A stretch of DNA of 64,000 nucleotides from Armatimonadota bacterium (GCA_963677485.1 OY781964.1:288001-352000), one strand, 5' to 3'. Shown: positions 38,000 through 48,424, counted from the stretch's first letter. A program made the numbers and translations. Notes: generated from the sequence alone by a model not told the origin.

Positions 38000-39484
38000 T
38001 CATTGACCCAGCAGCGTCTTCGCGACCATGTCCGGCGCGTGTTCGCGGATGTCCTGCAGAATACGCTGGATATCCGGGTGGCTGCCAGGGATGGTAATCG
38101 AGCTCTTCGACCACTTATCATTGCCGCCTCGAACCACAACACGCCTGATCCCAGAGGGGCTGTGGTGCGAGGTCTGCACATCGAGCCCGGTGAGGTATTT
38201 CCAACTAATGCCTTCCCTGTCTTCGGATGTCTTTGCCGTTTTCACACATATACGCTCATCTGTGATGCAGACGCGCGCCGACAGTTTTGTGATAAGCCAC
38301 TCTGCACCCATCACGATTGGTATCAAAAAGCCAACCAGCAAGACAGCAAATAGGTAACGACCATTATGTGAGTGAGATATGCCCGTCAGATAGATACCAA
38401 ACGCATAGCTGAGTGTGATGATCACAACCACTGCGTAAACGACATATGCTCTGATCTTGTATGATCGGTCCTCAGCCAGGGCATATTCATGCGCAGCCAG
38501 TGGTGAGCTGCGGTGTTTGTATGCGGTGTAGGTATAGACGAGTGCAGCTATTTGTTGCAAGCATCCGACAACGATGACCATTGACAGAGTTACTGACCAA
38601 AGCAGCTTGACCGTCATACTTTTGGGGTATGCATGAAGCAGCCAGTTGGCGCTGATCACCACAGCCATGATGACCACCAGGTAAATCATGGCTAACACAC
38701 GCATAAACTTCACGCGAGGCGGCACAACAGTGACCTTTTTGGGCGGTGGCTCGAATTTGTCAGGGGCATGTACTCGTATCACCTCGAGCATCTGCTTGAC
38801 TGCCGGATGATGCCCGGGGATGGTAATGATCCTTGACTCACGCTTGCCGATTTTTCCATGAAGCGCCACTTTAAGAATGCCTGACAGATTACGCGAGCTC
38901 TTCCTTACCTCCACCCAGGTGAGATGGTCCCAGCTTATCCCTCCTGTATTGCTACCGCAAACCACAGATTCGAAATTCACACCGTCTTCTGTGATACAGA
39001 TATGGATGGTCAGGTAACTCAGCAGACTCAAAATGATCGCATCCGCGAATAACAGCACGATCGCCCATTGCATTGGCAATAAGAGGAAGTATATCTTGAA
39101 GTCCGGGTAGTAGTGATCCCAAAACGCGGCCGTAAGTATCTTGTGACTGACCAGATACCAGGCAGCCGCAGCGCATAAAATAAGCACACACACCGATATC
39201 GCAATACGACACGCGGCGTTGCTCGAATACCGGGTGGCCTGCGGGTTTGACCGCAGACGGTCCCACCGGCTTCGCCAGTGTATCAGCGCATCGGTCGGCC
39301 ACCACAGCAGGAGCGCATAGGACACAGCTACAACTATGTCCATGACAACCATGAAAATAATGTCAAGGGTGTCATCTATTGGCTGTGTGCGATGACCCTG
39401 GTTCTGGCACCACGCTGGTAATGACACCGCTTGAATGAGCAGCATATACCCCACAGCCTGCCGTACTCTATCTTTACGTTTCAC
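38000..39484 (-). CDS. Membrane protein with two TM + PH-like modules
   Basis: Signal-like N-terminus; modules end ITIPGHHPAVKQMLEVIRVHAPDK and ITIPGSHPDIQRILQDIREHAPDMVAKTLLGQ. Confidence 0.8.
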   Translation of the reverse strand: MKRKDRVRQAVGYMLLIQAVSLPAWCQNQGHRTQPIDDTLDIIFMVVMDIVVAVSYALLLWWPTDALIHWRSRWDRLRSNPQATRYSSNAACRIAISVCVLILCAAAAWYLVSHKILTAAFWDHYYPDFKIYFLLLPMQWAIVLLFADAIILSLLSYLTIHICITEDGVNFESVVCGSNTGGISWDHLTWVEVRKSSRNLSGILKVALHGKIGKRESRIITIPGHHPAVKQMLEVIRVHAPDKFEPPPKKVTVVPPRVKFMRVLAMIYLVVIMAVVISANWLLHAYPKSMTVKLLWSVTLSMVIVVGCLQQIAALVYTYTAYKHRSSPLAAHEYALAEDRSYKIRAYVVYAVVVIITLSYAFGIYLTGISHSHNGRYLFAVLLVGFLIPIVMGAEWLITKLSARVCITDERICVKTAKTSEDREGISWKYLTGLDVQTSHHSPSGIRRVVVRGGNDKWSKSSITIPGSHPDIQRILQDIREHAPDMVAKTLLGQ

Positions 39485-39606
39485 GGTTTACCGATGCCTC
39501 TCTTTACCATCAAACTCTTGCTGATGCGACCAGCTTGATATCAGCTTACATCAACGTTTGCGAAAGGTCAATGGTGATAGATGGCTTTAGTCATCGACTC
39601 GGATTG

Positions 39607-40320
39607 TCACGCGAAGACGCGAAGGCGCGAAGTGTATTGTCCGAACCATTCGTGGTTTAATAAACCAACAAATCTAGCGCAAGGATACTAACTCGGAAAC
39701 TCACGCGAAGACGCGAAGACGCGAAGTGTGCTGTCCAAAGTGGTCTGACGAATCGCCGAACCATCCGCGTTCATCTGTGTCCATCCGTGGTTAAAAATCC
39801 AACACCACCCCGGTCTTATACTCGACACCAAGCTTTCGTGGCTATCCGCCAGACCGGCGCGGTCTTGAGCCTTCCGAAGCCGCTATCGAACAGCCAGACC
39901 GCCCCGGACATAGACAATGCTTGATCTGCGTCATCTGCGTCATCTGTGGATTAGCTTTTCCATGTCCGCGTTGGTCTGATGTATATCCGCGTTCATCGGT
40001 GTCCATCCGTGGTTAAAAATCCAACACCACCCCGGTCTTATACCCGACAGCAAGCTTTCGTGGCTATCCGCCAGACCGGCGCGGTCTTAAGCCTACCGTA
40101 TCCGCTAACGAACTGCCAGACCGCCCCGGACAGTGGCAATTCTTGGTCTGCATCATCTGTGGATTAGCATTTCCCATGTCCATGTTGGTCTGATGTATAG
40201 CCGAACCATCCGCGTTTATCCGCGTCCATCCGCGGTCAAAAGTACCCACACCGCCCCAGACAGTGGCAATTCTTGATCTGTGTCATCTGCGTCATCTGTG
40301 GATTATTATTTCATCCGTGG
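39607..40320. repeat. Repeat mosaic containing a ~222-bp tandem duplication
   Basis: TCACGCGAAGACGCGAAG near 39607 and 39701; units starting ATCCGCGTT at 39763, 39985 and (partial) 40208; the two full units carry GGCTATCCGCCAGACCGGCGCGGTCTT...AGACCGCCCCGGAC. Confidence 0.9.
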
Positions 40321-40428
40321 TGAAAAATGACCAAACCGGCACGCAAACCCAATGTAGGAATACGCCCCGCCTGCGGCGAATACTACCACGCGGACACAAT
40401 CCGCACACCACAAGGTAAAGAGGCAGGC

Positions 40429-42342
40429 ATGAGGCATTCCATCCAGTCTGGGTTCAGTGTTCGAGCGGTTGTATTGGGTCTTATTCTCATCATCCCCAAT
40501 GTCTTCTGGACGGTCTACGGCGAAGTGATCTCACAGACCGACCTCAACTCCACCTCGCTGATGATGCCGCCGCTTTGCACTCTGCTATTGTTACTCATCT
40601 GCAACGCCGGGATTCGCCGGATATGGCCAAAGAAGGCACTGCTGCCAGCGGAGCTGATCTCCATCTACGTCATCGTCACCATGGCCACCGTGCTGGCGGG
40701 CATGGGCATGCTTCAGTTTATCGTGACCACACTGCCCGCGGGGTATCACTACGGGCTGGTGTCCAAAGACATCGCCACAGTCACAAAGAGTTTCCCGGCC
40801 TGGGCGATGCCAAGTTCTACAGTCACAGAGGCGTTCTACAAGGGAAACAGTAGCGTGCCGTGGTCCGCCTGGGCACTCCCCCTGACGATCTGGGGCGGGT
40901 TTCTGATGATCATGGTCTGGACGATGTATTGCATGAACGCGATGTTCCGCAAGCAGTGGATGGACCGCGAGCGTCTGACCTACCCGATCGTGCTGCTGCC
41001 GCTGGAAATGACCGATCCGAATGCTGGATTCTTCAAAAACAAGCTGATGTGGGCGGGTTTCGCAGTTCCGGTGATCCTGGAGAGCATGAACAGCCTGAAT
41101 GCCCTCTTCCCCAGTGTGCCCTTCCTGCAAATCCGCGCCAGGGAGCTGGCAGTGTTCTTCCCCGACCCGCCGTGGAACTCGATGGGCCCTCTGCAGACCA
41201 CCTTCTACCCGCTGGCCATCGGCCTGGGTTACCTGCTTCCCGCGGATGTGAGCTTTAGCTGCTCCTTCTTCTACATCCTGACCAGGCTGGAGAATGTCGC
41301 CACCGCCGCCATCGGTCTGAACCAGGGCGGAGGCACCGGTGCTCAGTGGCCGTTCCTTGGTGCTCAAGGCGTCGGCGGGTTCCTGGGACTGGCGGCCATG
41401 ACCATCTGGCTGGCGCGGAAGCACCTGGCGGATGTCTGGCGCGGTGCCTGGAAGCCGAAGCAGGCGGACGACGCGGATGAGCCGATGAGCTACCGCGCGG
41501 CGTGTATAGGATTGTTGCTAGGTATCGTCGGCCTGATGGCCTACGGGTATATGTTCAAGATATCACCCGCGGTGTTTGGGCTCTATCTGCTGCTCTACCT
41601 CGCCTTTTCGCTGACCATCACGCGGCTGCGGGCGGAGGCAGGTCCCGCCTGGACCATGGGCCCCGCCATGAATGCGATCTCCGTGACACACACCACCATC
41701 GGCACCATCAACATGACCGACACGGACATCCACAAACTCGCCCTATTCGGCTGGTTTGCGCAGGAGATGCGCTGCTGCCCGATGCCGGTGAGTGCTGAGG
41801 CGATGAAGATGCAACACGGCCAGAAAACTCCGCGCACATTGCTCACCAGCGTTTTGATGCTGGCCTCTGTGTTGGGTATAGTCGTTGGCTTCATTGCACT
41901 GCTGATGGTGTATTACCAGAGCGGAGCCGCCAGCAGCAAGGTGGATCCGTGGCGCACGGGCAGCGGACTAGCACCGTATTGGACGGCATTCTCAGCGGGG
42001 ATGAACCCGCGCAACCCCGACTGGTCGCAACTGGGAGGTACCGCGTTTGGTGCGCTGGTGGCGGTCGGCTTGACTTTCGCCCGCACGATGTTTGTGTGGT
42101 GGCCGCTGCACCCCGCCGGCTACGTGCTGGCCAACACCGGCACGATGGACTGGCTGTGGCTGCCCTTCGCCATCGCCTGGGCGTCTAAGGTCAGCTTCCT
42201 AAAGCTCGGCGGCGTCAAAAGCTATCGGAACGCCATGCCGTTCTTCATGGGACTGGTGGTGGGTGACTACGTCACCAGTGCGCTTTGGGCACTTCTAGGC
42301 AGCCTGCTTCGCATGCCCATGTACCGCTGCTTCCCCTGCTGA
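40429..42342 (+). CDS. DUF6785/DUF6784-type polytopic membrane protein (putative peptide-transporter-like)
   Basis: RAVVLGL, ELISIY, RKQWMDRERLTYPI, TRLRAEAG, WWPLHPAGY and FFMGLVVGD; many TM helices. Confidence 0.75.
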   Translation: MRHSIQSGFSVRAVVLGLILIIPNVFWTVYGEVISQTDLNSTSLMMPPLCTLLLLLICNAGIRRIWPKKALLPAELISIYVIVTMATVLAGMGMLQFIVTTLPAGYHYGLVSKDIATVTKSFPAWAMPSSTVTEAFYKGNSSVPWSAWALPLTIWGGFLMIMVWTMYCMNAMFRKQWMDRERLTYPIVLLPLEMTDPNAGFFKNKLMWAGFAVPVILESMNSLNALFPSVPFLQIRARELAVFFPDPPWNSMGPLQTTFYPLAIGLGYLLPADVSFSCSFFYILTRLENVATAAIGLNQGGGTGAQWPFLGAQGVGGFLGLAAMTIWLARKHLADVWRGAWKPKQADDADEPMSYRAACIGLLLGIVGLMAYGYMFKISPAVFGLYLLLYLAFSLTITRLRAEAGPAWTMGPAMNAISVTHTTIGTINMTDTDIHKLALFGWFAQEMRCCPMPVSAEAMKMQHGQKTPRTLLTSVLMLASVLGIVVGFIALLMVYYQSGAASSKVDPWRTGSGLAPYWTAFSAGMNPRNPDWSQLGGTAFGALVAVGLTFARTMFVWWPLHPAGYVLANTGTMDWLWLPFAIAWASKVSFLKLGGVKSYRNAMPFFMGLVVGDYVTSALWALLGSLLRMPMYRCFPC

Positions 42343-42394
42343 GCCGGAGGAGACAGGAGACAAGGAGAGCAGGAGCCAGTAAAAAACGACCGAG

Positions 42395-42732
42395 TGGAAT
42401 CTCACGCGAAGACGCAATGTTTGTTGTCCGGAGTCTCACGCGAAGACGCGAAGGCGCGAAGTTTGCTGTCCAGGGTGGTTTGGATTATAGCCGCCCCATT
42501 CGCGTTCATTCGTGTCCATTCGCGGTTAAAGGAACCAGCACCGCCCAGCGCACGAATGCTACCTCGGAGTCTCACGCGAAGACGCGAAGGCGCGAAGTGT
42601 GCGGTCCGGTGCAGTCTAGCAAATAACCGTCCCATTCGCGTTCATCCGTGTTCATCCGTGGTTAATAGAACGCACACCACCCCGGTCATGGGTATCCCTT
42701 AATCCGTGTCATCTGCGCAATCTGTGGATTAG
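42395..42732. repeat. Intergenic repeat mosaic
   Basis: Three TCTCACGCGAAGACGC(GAAGGCGCGAAG) copies, two CATTCGCGTTCAT(T/C)CGTGT...GGTT 10-nt triplets and ATCCGTGTCATCTGCGCAATCTGTGGAT. Confidence 0.88.
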
Positions 42733-42754
42733 TATACCCATCCGCCGCCCAGGC

Positions 42755-44764
42755 TTAGTCACGCTCCTTCGCCATGCGGTAATCCAAGCGCGACGGCGGA
42801 ACTAGCTCGCGCCGAACCTTAGCCCGAAGGGCATCGTCCAACGGCACTCCCTGCTCATCGCTGATCCGCTTCGCTTGCAGCGCGAACCACAGATCGGTCA
42901 GCGTCACCTCTCCCTCGCGGATATTCGCGAAGTTGTGCTGGAGTATCTGGTCGACACCATCCAGCTCGTTGAAATGCAGAGCCAATTTACCATAAGCCAG
43001 CATGATGCGCTCATGGGTGCCGTAATTGGTCGGCAGCTCCGACAGGAACTTCCTCAGCTCATCCCACTTGCCGCAAACCTCCATGATCCCCGCAAACTCC
43101 ACAGCCAGACTGGGGTGTTGCGGCCCTGTCTGCCAGGCATTCTCGAAATACTCGTAGGCTGCCTGGTTGTGACCAGCCCGCTGCTCCAGCACCGCCAGAT
43201 TACGGTAGGCCCAGCTAGAAGGCGTTCGGTGAATGGAAAGAATCCAGGCATCGCGCGCGCCTAGCAGATCGTTAGCCTCATGGCGCATGACACCCAGGTG
43301 CAGCCATCCAAGCCAGTGGTCGCTGCCGCCCTTCGCGGCCGACCGCTCCAACAGCTCGTGCCACTCATTCTGAATCATGTAGCAGCCCGGGCCGTCTTTA
43401 ATGTCCCGACAGGGCAGAGTTCCTTCGTGCAACAGCGTCAACCAGGGCTGCTGGTCTTCCTGGCACTCCGGTGCGAACACCAGGCTGCTTGGTATTCGAG
43501 GTCCCTCAGCACACGCCGCTTCCCTCTGACGCTCCAGGCTGCCCCAGCCTTCGTCATTGCAGATCACTTCGGCGGGCTGCAGCAGCATCCTGCGCTCCAA
43601 ATCGGCGTGGATGAGCTCCATATCGGCCTGAGGCAACTGCTTCTCGAGCTGCGACTGAACCGCTTGCCGGGCATCCGACCATGAGCTGGAATGCAGCTTC
43701 TCAGGCTCCGCCTGAAGCAGACCGTATGCCTCTGTCCAGCTCCATTCCGCACGAGCCGGCATGGGAACATGCTCGAGCTGCGTCCTGGCGAGTCCGGCCT
43801 GGATCTCCAGATACTCCCGCCCCTCACCTAGCAGATGCTGCTGCCAGCGCTGACCTCCGCTGCGGGTGCCCCAGGCGAACAGCTTCCGTCCGCACAGCCG
43901 GCTGGTCGAAGTCTGCACCAGACCCTGCCCTGATCCATCGACACAAGCCACCCAGGGGCGCGCCGATTTTGGGATGTCAAAATAGAACTCATTCGAGTAG
44001 TCCAGGTTGGTGGTGTATGTGATGTCGCGCCCGTTCAGCATCGGCAGATCCATCAGCGCCAGTATGCCTCCAGTGTGATGCAGGTTCTGGTCGGCGGAAA
44101 CTAGAATGCGGCGATCGGCCGACTGCTTCACGCCGATGTTGGACCACCAATAGGCCGAAACCTGTTCATCCTGAGTGTTCACAAGCCTCACGTGGATGTA
44201 GAGATGCTTCGAACCATCTGGCAGATAGGCATCAATCTGGTACGCAAGACCCTTCACCCTGTCCCAGGCGTATAGACGAAGCGACTCCTCGCTTGCCTCA
44301 TCCACTACCCTGGCGGCGTTGATCGGCGAGCAGGTGAGATAGTGGTGGCCCAACTGCCCCACATTCCACTCCACACCTCCGGCAATCCAGGCATCGCGCA
44401 GGGCGATATTCACCGGCTGGAAGTTAACCACCGGCTCCAGCAGCTCACAGCCAGTGGCGAGGTCGACCAGCGAGCTCATTCGGCCACCCAGTTCGGGCAG
44501 GAAGCTCGCTTTGATGTATTCATTCTGTAGTGTGATGACTGTAAATTCGCGAGGTGTCAGCTCTCGGCCATATCCGTCCTGCATCCGATATGGCAACACG
44601 CGGTAACCGGTCTGCCAGCCTAGATAATTTTTAAAATCCTCGGGCACCGTCTCATCGGTCGCAAAATCCATATTCGGTTCGGCAGCTCGGAAGATCGGTA
44701 GCGGGTTCTCATCACCCAGCTTGGCTGCGGGCATAGAAATGCGGTTCACTGTGAGCGTAGCCAT
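42755..44764 (-). CDS. DUF5107 domain + TPR protein
   Basis: LQNEYIKASFLPELGGR, ALRDAWIAGGVEWN, YWWSN, GRKLFAWG and YLEIQAG, followed by TPR-like helices. Confidence 0.85.
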   Translation of the reverse strand: MATLTVNRISMPAAKLGDENPLPIFRAAEPNMDFATDETVPEDFKNYLGWQTGYRVLPYRMQDGYGRELTPREFTVITLQNEYIKASFLPELGGRMSSLVDLATGCELLEPVVNFQPVNIALRDAWIAGGVEWNVGQLGHHYLTCSPINAARVVDEASEESLRLYAWDRVKGLAYQIDAYLPDGSKHLYIHVRLVNTQDEQVSAYWWSNIGVKQSADRRILVSADQNLHHTGGILALMDLPMLNGRDITYTTNLDYSNEFYFDIPKSARPWVACVDGSGQGLVQTSTSRLCGRKLFAWGTRSGGQRWQQHLLGEGREYLEIQAGLARTQLEHVPMPARAEWSWTEAYGLLQAEPEKLHSSSWSDARQAVQSQLEKQLPQADMELIHADLERRMLLQPAEVICNDEGWGSLERQREAACAEGPRIPSSLVFAPECQEDQQPWLTLLHEGTLPCRDIKDGPGCYMIQNEWHELLERSAAKGGSDHWLGWLHLGVMRHEANDLLGARDAWILSIHRTPSSWAYRNLAVLEQRAGHNQAAYEYFENAWQTGPQHPSLAVEFAGIMEVCGKWDELRKFLSELPTNYGTHERIMLAYGKLALHFNELDGVDQILQHNFANIREGEVTLTDLWFALQAKRISDEQGVPLDDALRAKVRRELVPPSRLDYRMAKERD

Positions 44765-44812
44765 CGCGTCATACCTCGTCATCAACAAATAATCGTTCGG
44801 ATACGGGGGTGG

Positions 44813-45736
44813 TTACCGAAGTGCCACCATCACGAGACCTGCCAGCATCACCCCAATCCCGATCAATTTCGGGATATGGGCTTTTTCCTTCAACACTACT
44901 ATACCCAACATGGCCCCGATCGGGATACTGAGCTGCCGGAATGCCACCACGTAGCTGACATTTTTGGCAAAACCCATCGCCACGAGCACCAGCCCGTAAG
45001 CTGCGAAAACGCCTATCCCCGCCACCGCACTACTGCGGATATACCGCCAGTCAACGGGTGCCGACCGCTTCAGCTTAAGCTGCCCGCTCACCATAAGCAT
45101 CAGCAGCAGCCATGCAGATGAAAACACGCCTTCCATCACCGCATACACAAGGGTTAACACCGTATTGCTGGCCCGAACATCCAAGTGTGTGTGCAGTGAC
45201 CGCAACGCAGTGTCATCAACTATCGAATAACCGGCAGTTCCTATCGCCGCCATGAGAGCAAAAAGGCTGGCCGGCTTGATGTAGTCACGCCAATGCCACT
45301 CTGACCATCTACCAACGGGCAGCACCAGTCCGCCAAGTGCCACGAGCACCATGCCGGCAATGGCCATTAGCGAAAGCTGTCCTGTCCGACCTATAGCCAG
45401 GTTGAACAGCAAAACCAGCACCACCGGAATGGAGCGCGCCATGGGGTAGACCACCGACATCTGGCCGGCACGATACGCGCTGGCCAGTCCCCAATAGTAG
45501 ACCGCCTGGAACAGCCCTGTGAGCACAAGATAGACCCAGAGCTCGGACGGAAACCACACCACCAGATGCAAAAATGGAGCCATGAACAGGCCCAGAATAA
45601 TCCATCCGAAGCTGTTGGCCAACAGGAAGAACTCCGTGGCCGCCTCTTCCCGCTTTCCCAGCAGGTTCCAGCAGGCGTGTATGGTGGCCGATACGATTAG
45701 TAAAGCGATCGCGACAGTGGTCACGACACCGCCCAC
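44813..45736 (-). CDS. EamA/DMT family transporter
   Basis: SATIHACWNLLGK, AYRAGQMSVVYPMAR, AGYSIVD and YVVAFRQLSI...LKE; about 10 TM. Confidence 0.9.
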   Translation of the reverse strand: MGGVVTTVAIALLIVSATIHACWNLLGKREEAATEFFLLANSFGWIILGLFMAPFLHLVVWFPSELWVYLVLTGLFQAVYYWGLASAYRAGQMSVVYPMARSIPVVLVLLFNLAIGRTGQLSLMAIAGMVLVALGGLVLPVGRWSEWHWRDYIKPASLFALMAAIGTAGYSIVDDTALRSLHTHLDVRASNTVLTLVYAVMEGVFSSAWLLLMLMVSGQLKLKRSAPVDWRYIRSSAVAGIGVFAAYGLVLVAMGFAKNVSYVVAFRQLSIPIGAMLGIVVLKEKAHIPKLIGIGVMLAGLVMVALR

Positions 45737-47016
45737 AACCGATCATACAGACGGCTCACCCGGGCCTTCAACGCTCGCAAGGATGCGGCTGCACCAGCAT
45801 CGCCAGCCAAATGTGCCAGCATGAGACGCCCCTCTTCCACGCAGAGTTCATCATGTTTCGGGAATATCTCCCGCAACAGGAACTGTGAATACCGTACCAG
45901 TCGGAACGGCCCAAACGCACGAACCTGCTCATTGGGAAGCCCTTCTACCGCCACCGAAAACAGATCACGTACACTGCCCACCAGTGCTGGCAACTCCAGA
46001 GATTTGGAAAACACGATGGTGTAATACCAGCCAAACAGCTCAGACTGAACGCATCCGTGCGAGTCGCTGGCCCCCACTACCGGGATGCGCCGCCCTTTAG
46101 CACGCTCGTCATGGTAACGGGCGACCTGCAGCATGTTGGATTCGACCTCACTAGACAAGTAACCGCCGATCAATTCCAGTGCATCGTATGGCTGGTGCTC
46201 AAAAATCAGATCGGTCAGGTATTCCGGCACATCAAGCCGAGTCCCTGCCTGCCAGTAAGGATGGCAGAACACCGCCAGACCGCCGCCATCACGTATTTTT
46301 TTAAAGCTCCAAATACAGCTTGCCAGTTCATAGCGGCTGACACCTGATGGAACTTTATCAAGCGACCGCTCGATAGAGGCCACTTCGGCTTTATAGGCAT
46401 CCGTCGCGAACAGGGCATTCACGCTGAACCTACTTCCGAAATTCACAATATGCACCGGATTTTCAGGAGGATGCACCTCCTCGCCTGGGAATATCTTCAA
46501 GTCGATGTCAAGCCCTTCAAACGCCTTCATCGCCTCAAGTGATGGGCCATACTGGCGATGATCGGTGATCGCCATGAAATCCAACCCAATTTTCCGGCAC
46601 GAAGCCGTAAGGAAGCCGGGTGACTCCTTGCCATCAGACCGGAAGGTATGCATATGGGTGTCACCCTTGTAGGGCCGTCGAACTAACAGGTCGGGCTCCA
46701 GCGCATAGAGACGAAACTCCGCCATCGTGCTGTTCTTGCCATTCTCGTTCAGGTGGAGCTGTAGAATGTACTCCTGCTCGCCCTCAAACTGCAGTTTGGC
46801 CTTGATACAACCATTGGTCAGCGTGGCCGGTGAAGGCGTTCGATCCTTTCGGTTGGTCTGTTTCGCCGCTCCGCTGATAGGAATGAGCGTCACCTGAAAC
46901 TGCGCACCGGCAGGGAAGGCCACATGGTCGTATAGCGGTTTGATGGTGATCTCAGTCTGCTGATGGGCAGGCACAATCTGAGGTGTGCATTCATAGAATA
47001 CGTGAGCCAGTTTCAT
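45721..47016 (-). CDS. PHP-domain metal-dependent hydrolase
   Basis: YKGDTHMHTFRSDG, FMAITDH, PGEEV, FCHPYW and VGASDSH motifs. Confidence 0.85.
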   Translation of the reverse strand: MKLAHVFYECTPQIVPAHQQTEITIKPLYDHVAFPAGAQFQVTLIPISGAAKQTNRKDRTPSPATLTNGCIKAKLQFEGEQEYILQLHLNENGKNSTMAEFRLYALEPDLLVRRPYKGDTHMHTFRSDGKESPGFLTASCRKIGLDFMAITDHRQYGPSLEAMKAFEGLDIDLKIFPGEEVHPPENPVHIVNFGSRFSVNALFATDAYKAEVASIERSLDKVPSGVSRYELASCIWSFKKIRDGGGLAVFCHPYWQAGTRLDVPEYLTDLIFEHQPYDALELIGGYLSSEVESNMLQVARYHDERAKGRRIPVVGASDSHGCVQSELFGWYYTIVFSKSLELPALVGSVRDLFSVAVEGLPNEQVRAFGPFRLVRYSQFLLREIFPKHDELCVEEGRLMLAHLAGDAGAAASLRALKARVSRLYDRLWAVS

Positions 47017-47122
47017 GACAATGTCCTTTCTGACAAACCATCCGACGTGATGGACCGATCAGATGGATCTTGCATACCAGTCTGATCCGTCCGATTAACT
47101 AAATTGGTAGGGAGAACCCTAC

Positions 47123-48244
47123 CTACTTATCGAAACTAGGTATTTTCATCTGCACTCCGCCCTTTTCTGCCGAGGCGTGCGCGATGATGCCAGGCACGGT
47201 GTAGGCCAGCGCCTCGTGGATGTCCACGGCGGGCTTGCGGTTGTTCACCAAAGCGTCAATGAATTCGTGCGTCAGGAACGGCTCTGCACCCTCATGACCG
47301 CCGCCGACCCGCATGGGTTCGGGCAGCATGGTCTGAGCCCAGTTTACCAGCGGAGACGGTTCAAACTCCGCCTCTTCGCGGGCAAAGCCAGCACTATCCG
47401 TGCCCATCTTGTGGGTCGACCGGCGGATAACCGGGCCGATCCCGTTCGTGCTTGGTTCGAAGTAGCTCATTTTGCTGCCATACCACTGCGCGCGCTCACA
47501 ACCACCAAACGCGCCGCGCCAGTTGATGGACACTCGGAAGGCATGGCCCTTGCTCGTTTTGAACATGGCCGTCTCATTCCAAAACTTGTTATGGTAGGGG
47601 TTCCCCTCCATGATTGGGTCGCCATCACCCCAGCCGATACCGGTCACTTCAGTCAGCCGTTCCCCGGTCAAGCCCACCAGGAAGGAGGTGCAGTGCGTGG
47701 GATAAAGCATCGGAGGAAGTCCCCAGCGCCAGGTGTGGTTGCCCTTCTCGTCTTTCCAGAGCTGATACTCCATACCGGCATGGTGGTATTCGGCTTCCGT
47801 ATAATAGATGTCGCCAAACTTGCCTTCCGCCAAAAACTTGCGGGCTGAAATCATCGCGGGATGGTAGTAGCTAGTCTCAGCCATCATGTATGTCAGGCCG
47901 GTCTTCTTCTGTGCGGCGAAAAGCTGCTCCGCTTGAGCCATCGAGATGCACGCAGGCACCGCGGAGATCACATGTTTCCCAGCTTTCATGCAGGCTACCG
48001 CATGCTTCACATGGTCAGGGGCGCCTGTGAATACTGCTACCGCATCGACATCCTTGTCCTTGATCAGCTCCTCCAGTGAGGGATACGATTTGTTACACTT
48101 GTAAACTTCCATCAGAAACTTGCGACGGTCATCACGCAAGTCGGATACCGCCTCAACGATGCAGTTTGGATCGAGATGCCAAAAGAATGCGGACCCAAAT
48201 CCGCCGCCGACAACGCCTATCCTGATCTTCTTTGATGAACTCAT
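47123..48244 (-). CDS. Gfo/Idh/MocA family oxidoreductase
   Basis: IRIGVVGGGFG, AGKHVISAVP, YMMAET, EAEYHH and PPMLYPTH. Start ATG 48244 behind AGGAGAGG. Confidence 0.9.
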   Translation of the reverse strand: MSSSKKIRIGVVGGGFGSAFFWHLDPNCIVEAVSDLRDDRRKFLMEVYKCNKSYPSLEELIKDKDVDAVAVFTGAPDHVKHAVACMKAGKHVISAVPACISMAQAEQLFAAQKKTGLTYMMAETSYYHPAMISARKFLAEGKFGDIYYTEAEYHHAGMEYQLWKDEKGNHTWRWGLPPMLYPTHCTSFLVGLTGERLTEVTGIGWGDGDPIMEGNPYHNKFWNETAMFKTSKGHAFRVSINWRGAFGGCERAQWYGSKMSYFEPSTNGIGPVIRRSTHKMGTDSAGFAREEAEFEPSPLVNWAQTMLPEPMRVGGGHEGAEPFLTHEFIDALVNNRKPAVDIHEALAYTVPGIIAHASAEKGGVQMKIPSFDK

Positions 48245-48424
48245 GATGATGCCTCTCCTGTGCTGTGCTTCTAGTGCCACCGAGTGTGGTCACTATGGAT
48301 TTTTGTGCCTTCAAGCTAGAAGTTACCCCGGTTTGTTCAGAATGTCAATACCAGCGTTACTAACCAATAGCTAGAACTGCGTATTTGGCTGTTCCGGGGT
48401 AGTCTTTCGGTATGCTGGTATATG

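Noticed and set aside
32596-39484. Diversity-generating retroelement or integron cassette array
   Set aside because: No reverse transcriptase or integron integrase, no template/variable repeat pair differing only at adenines, and most intergenic gaps are too short for attC sites.
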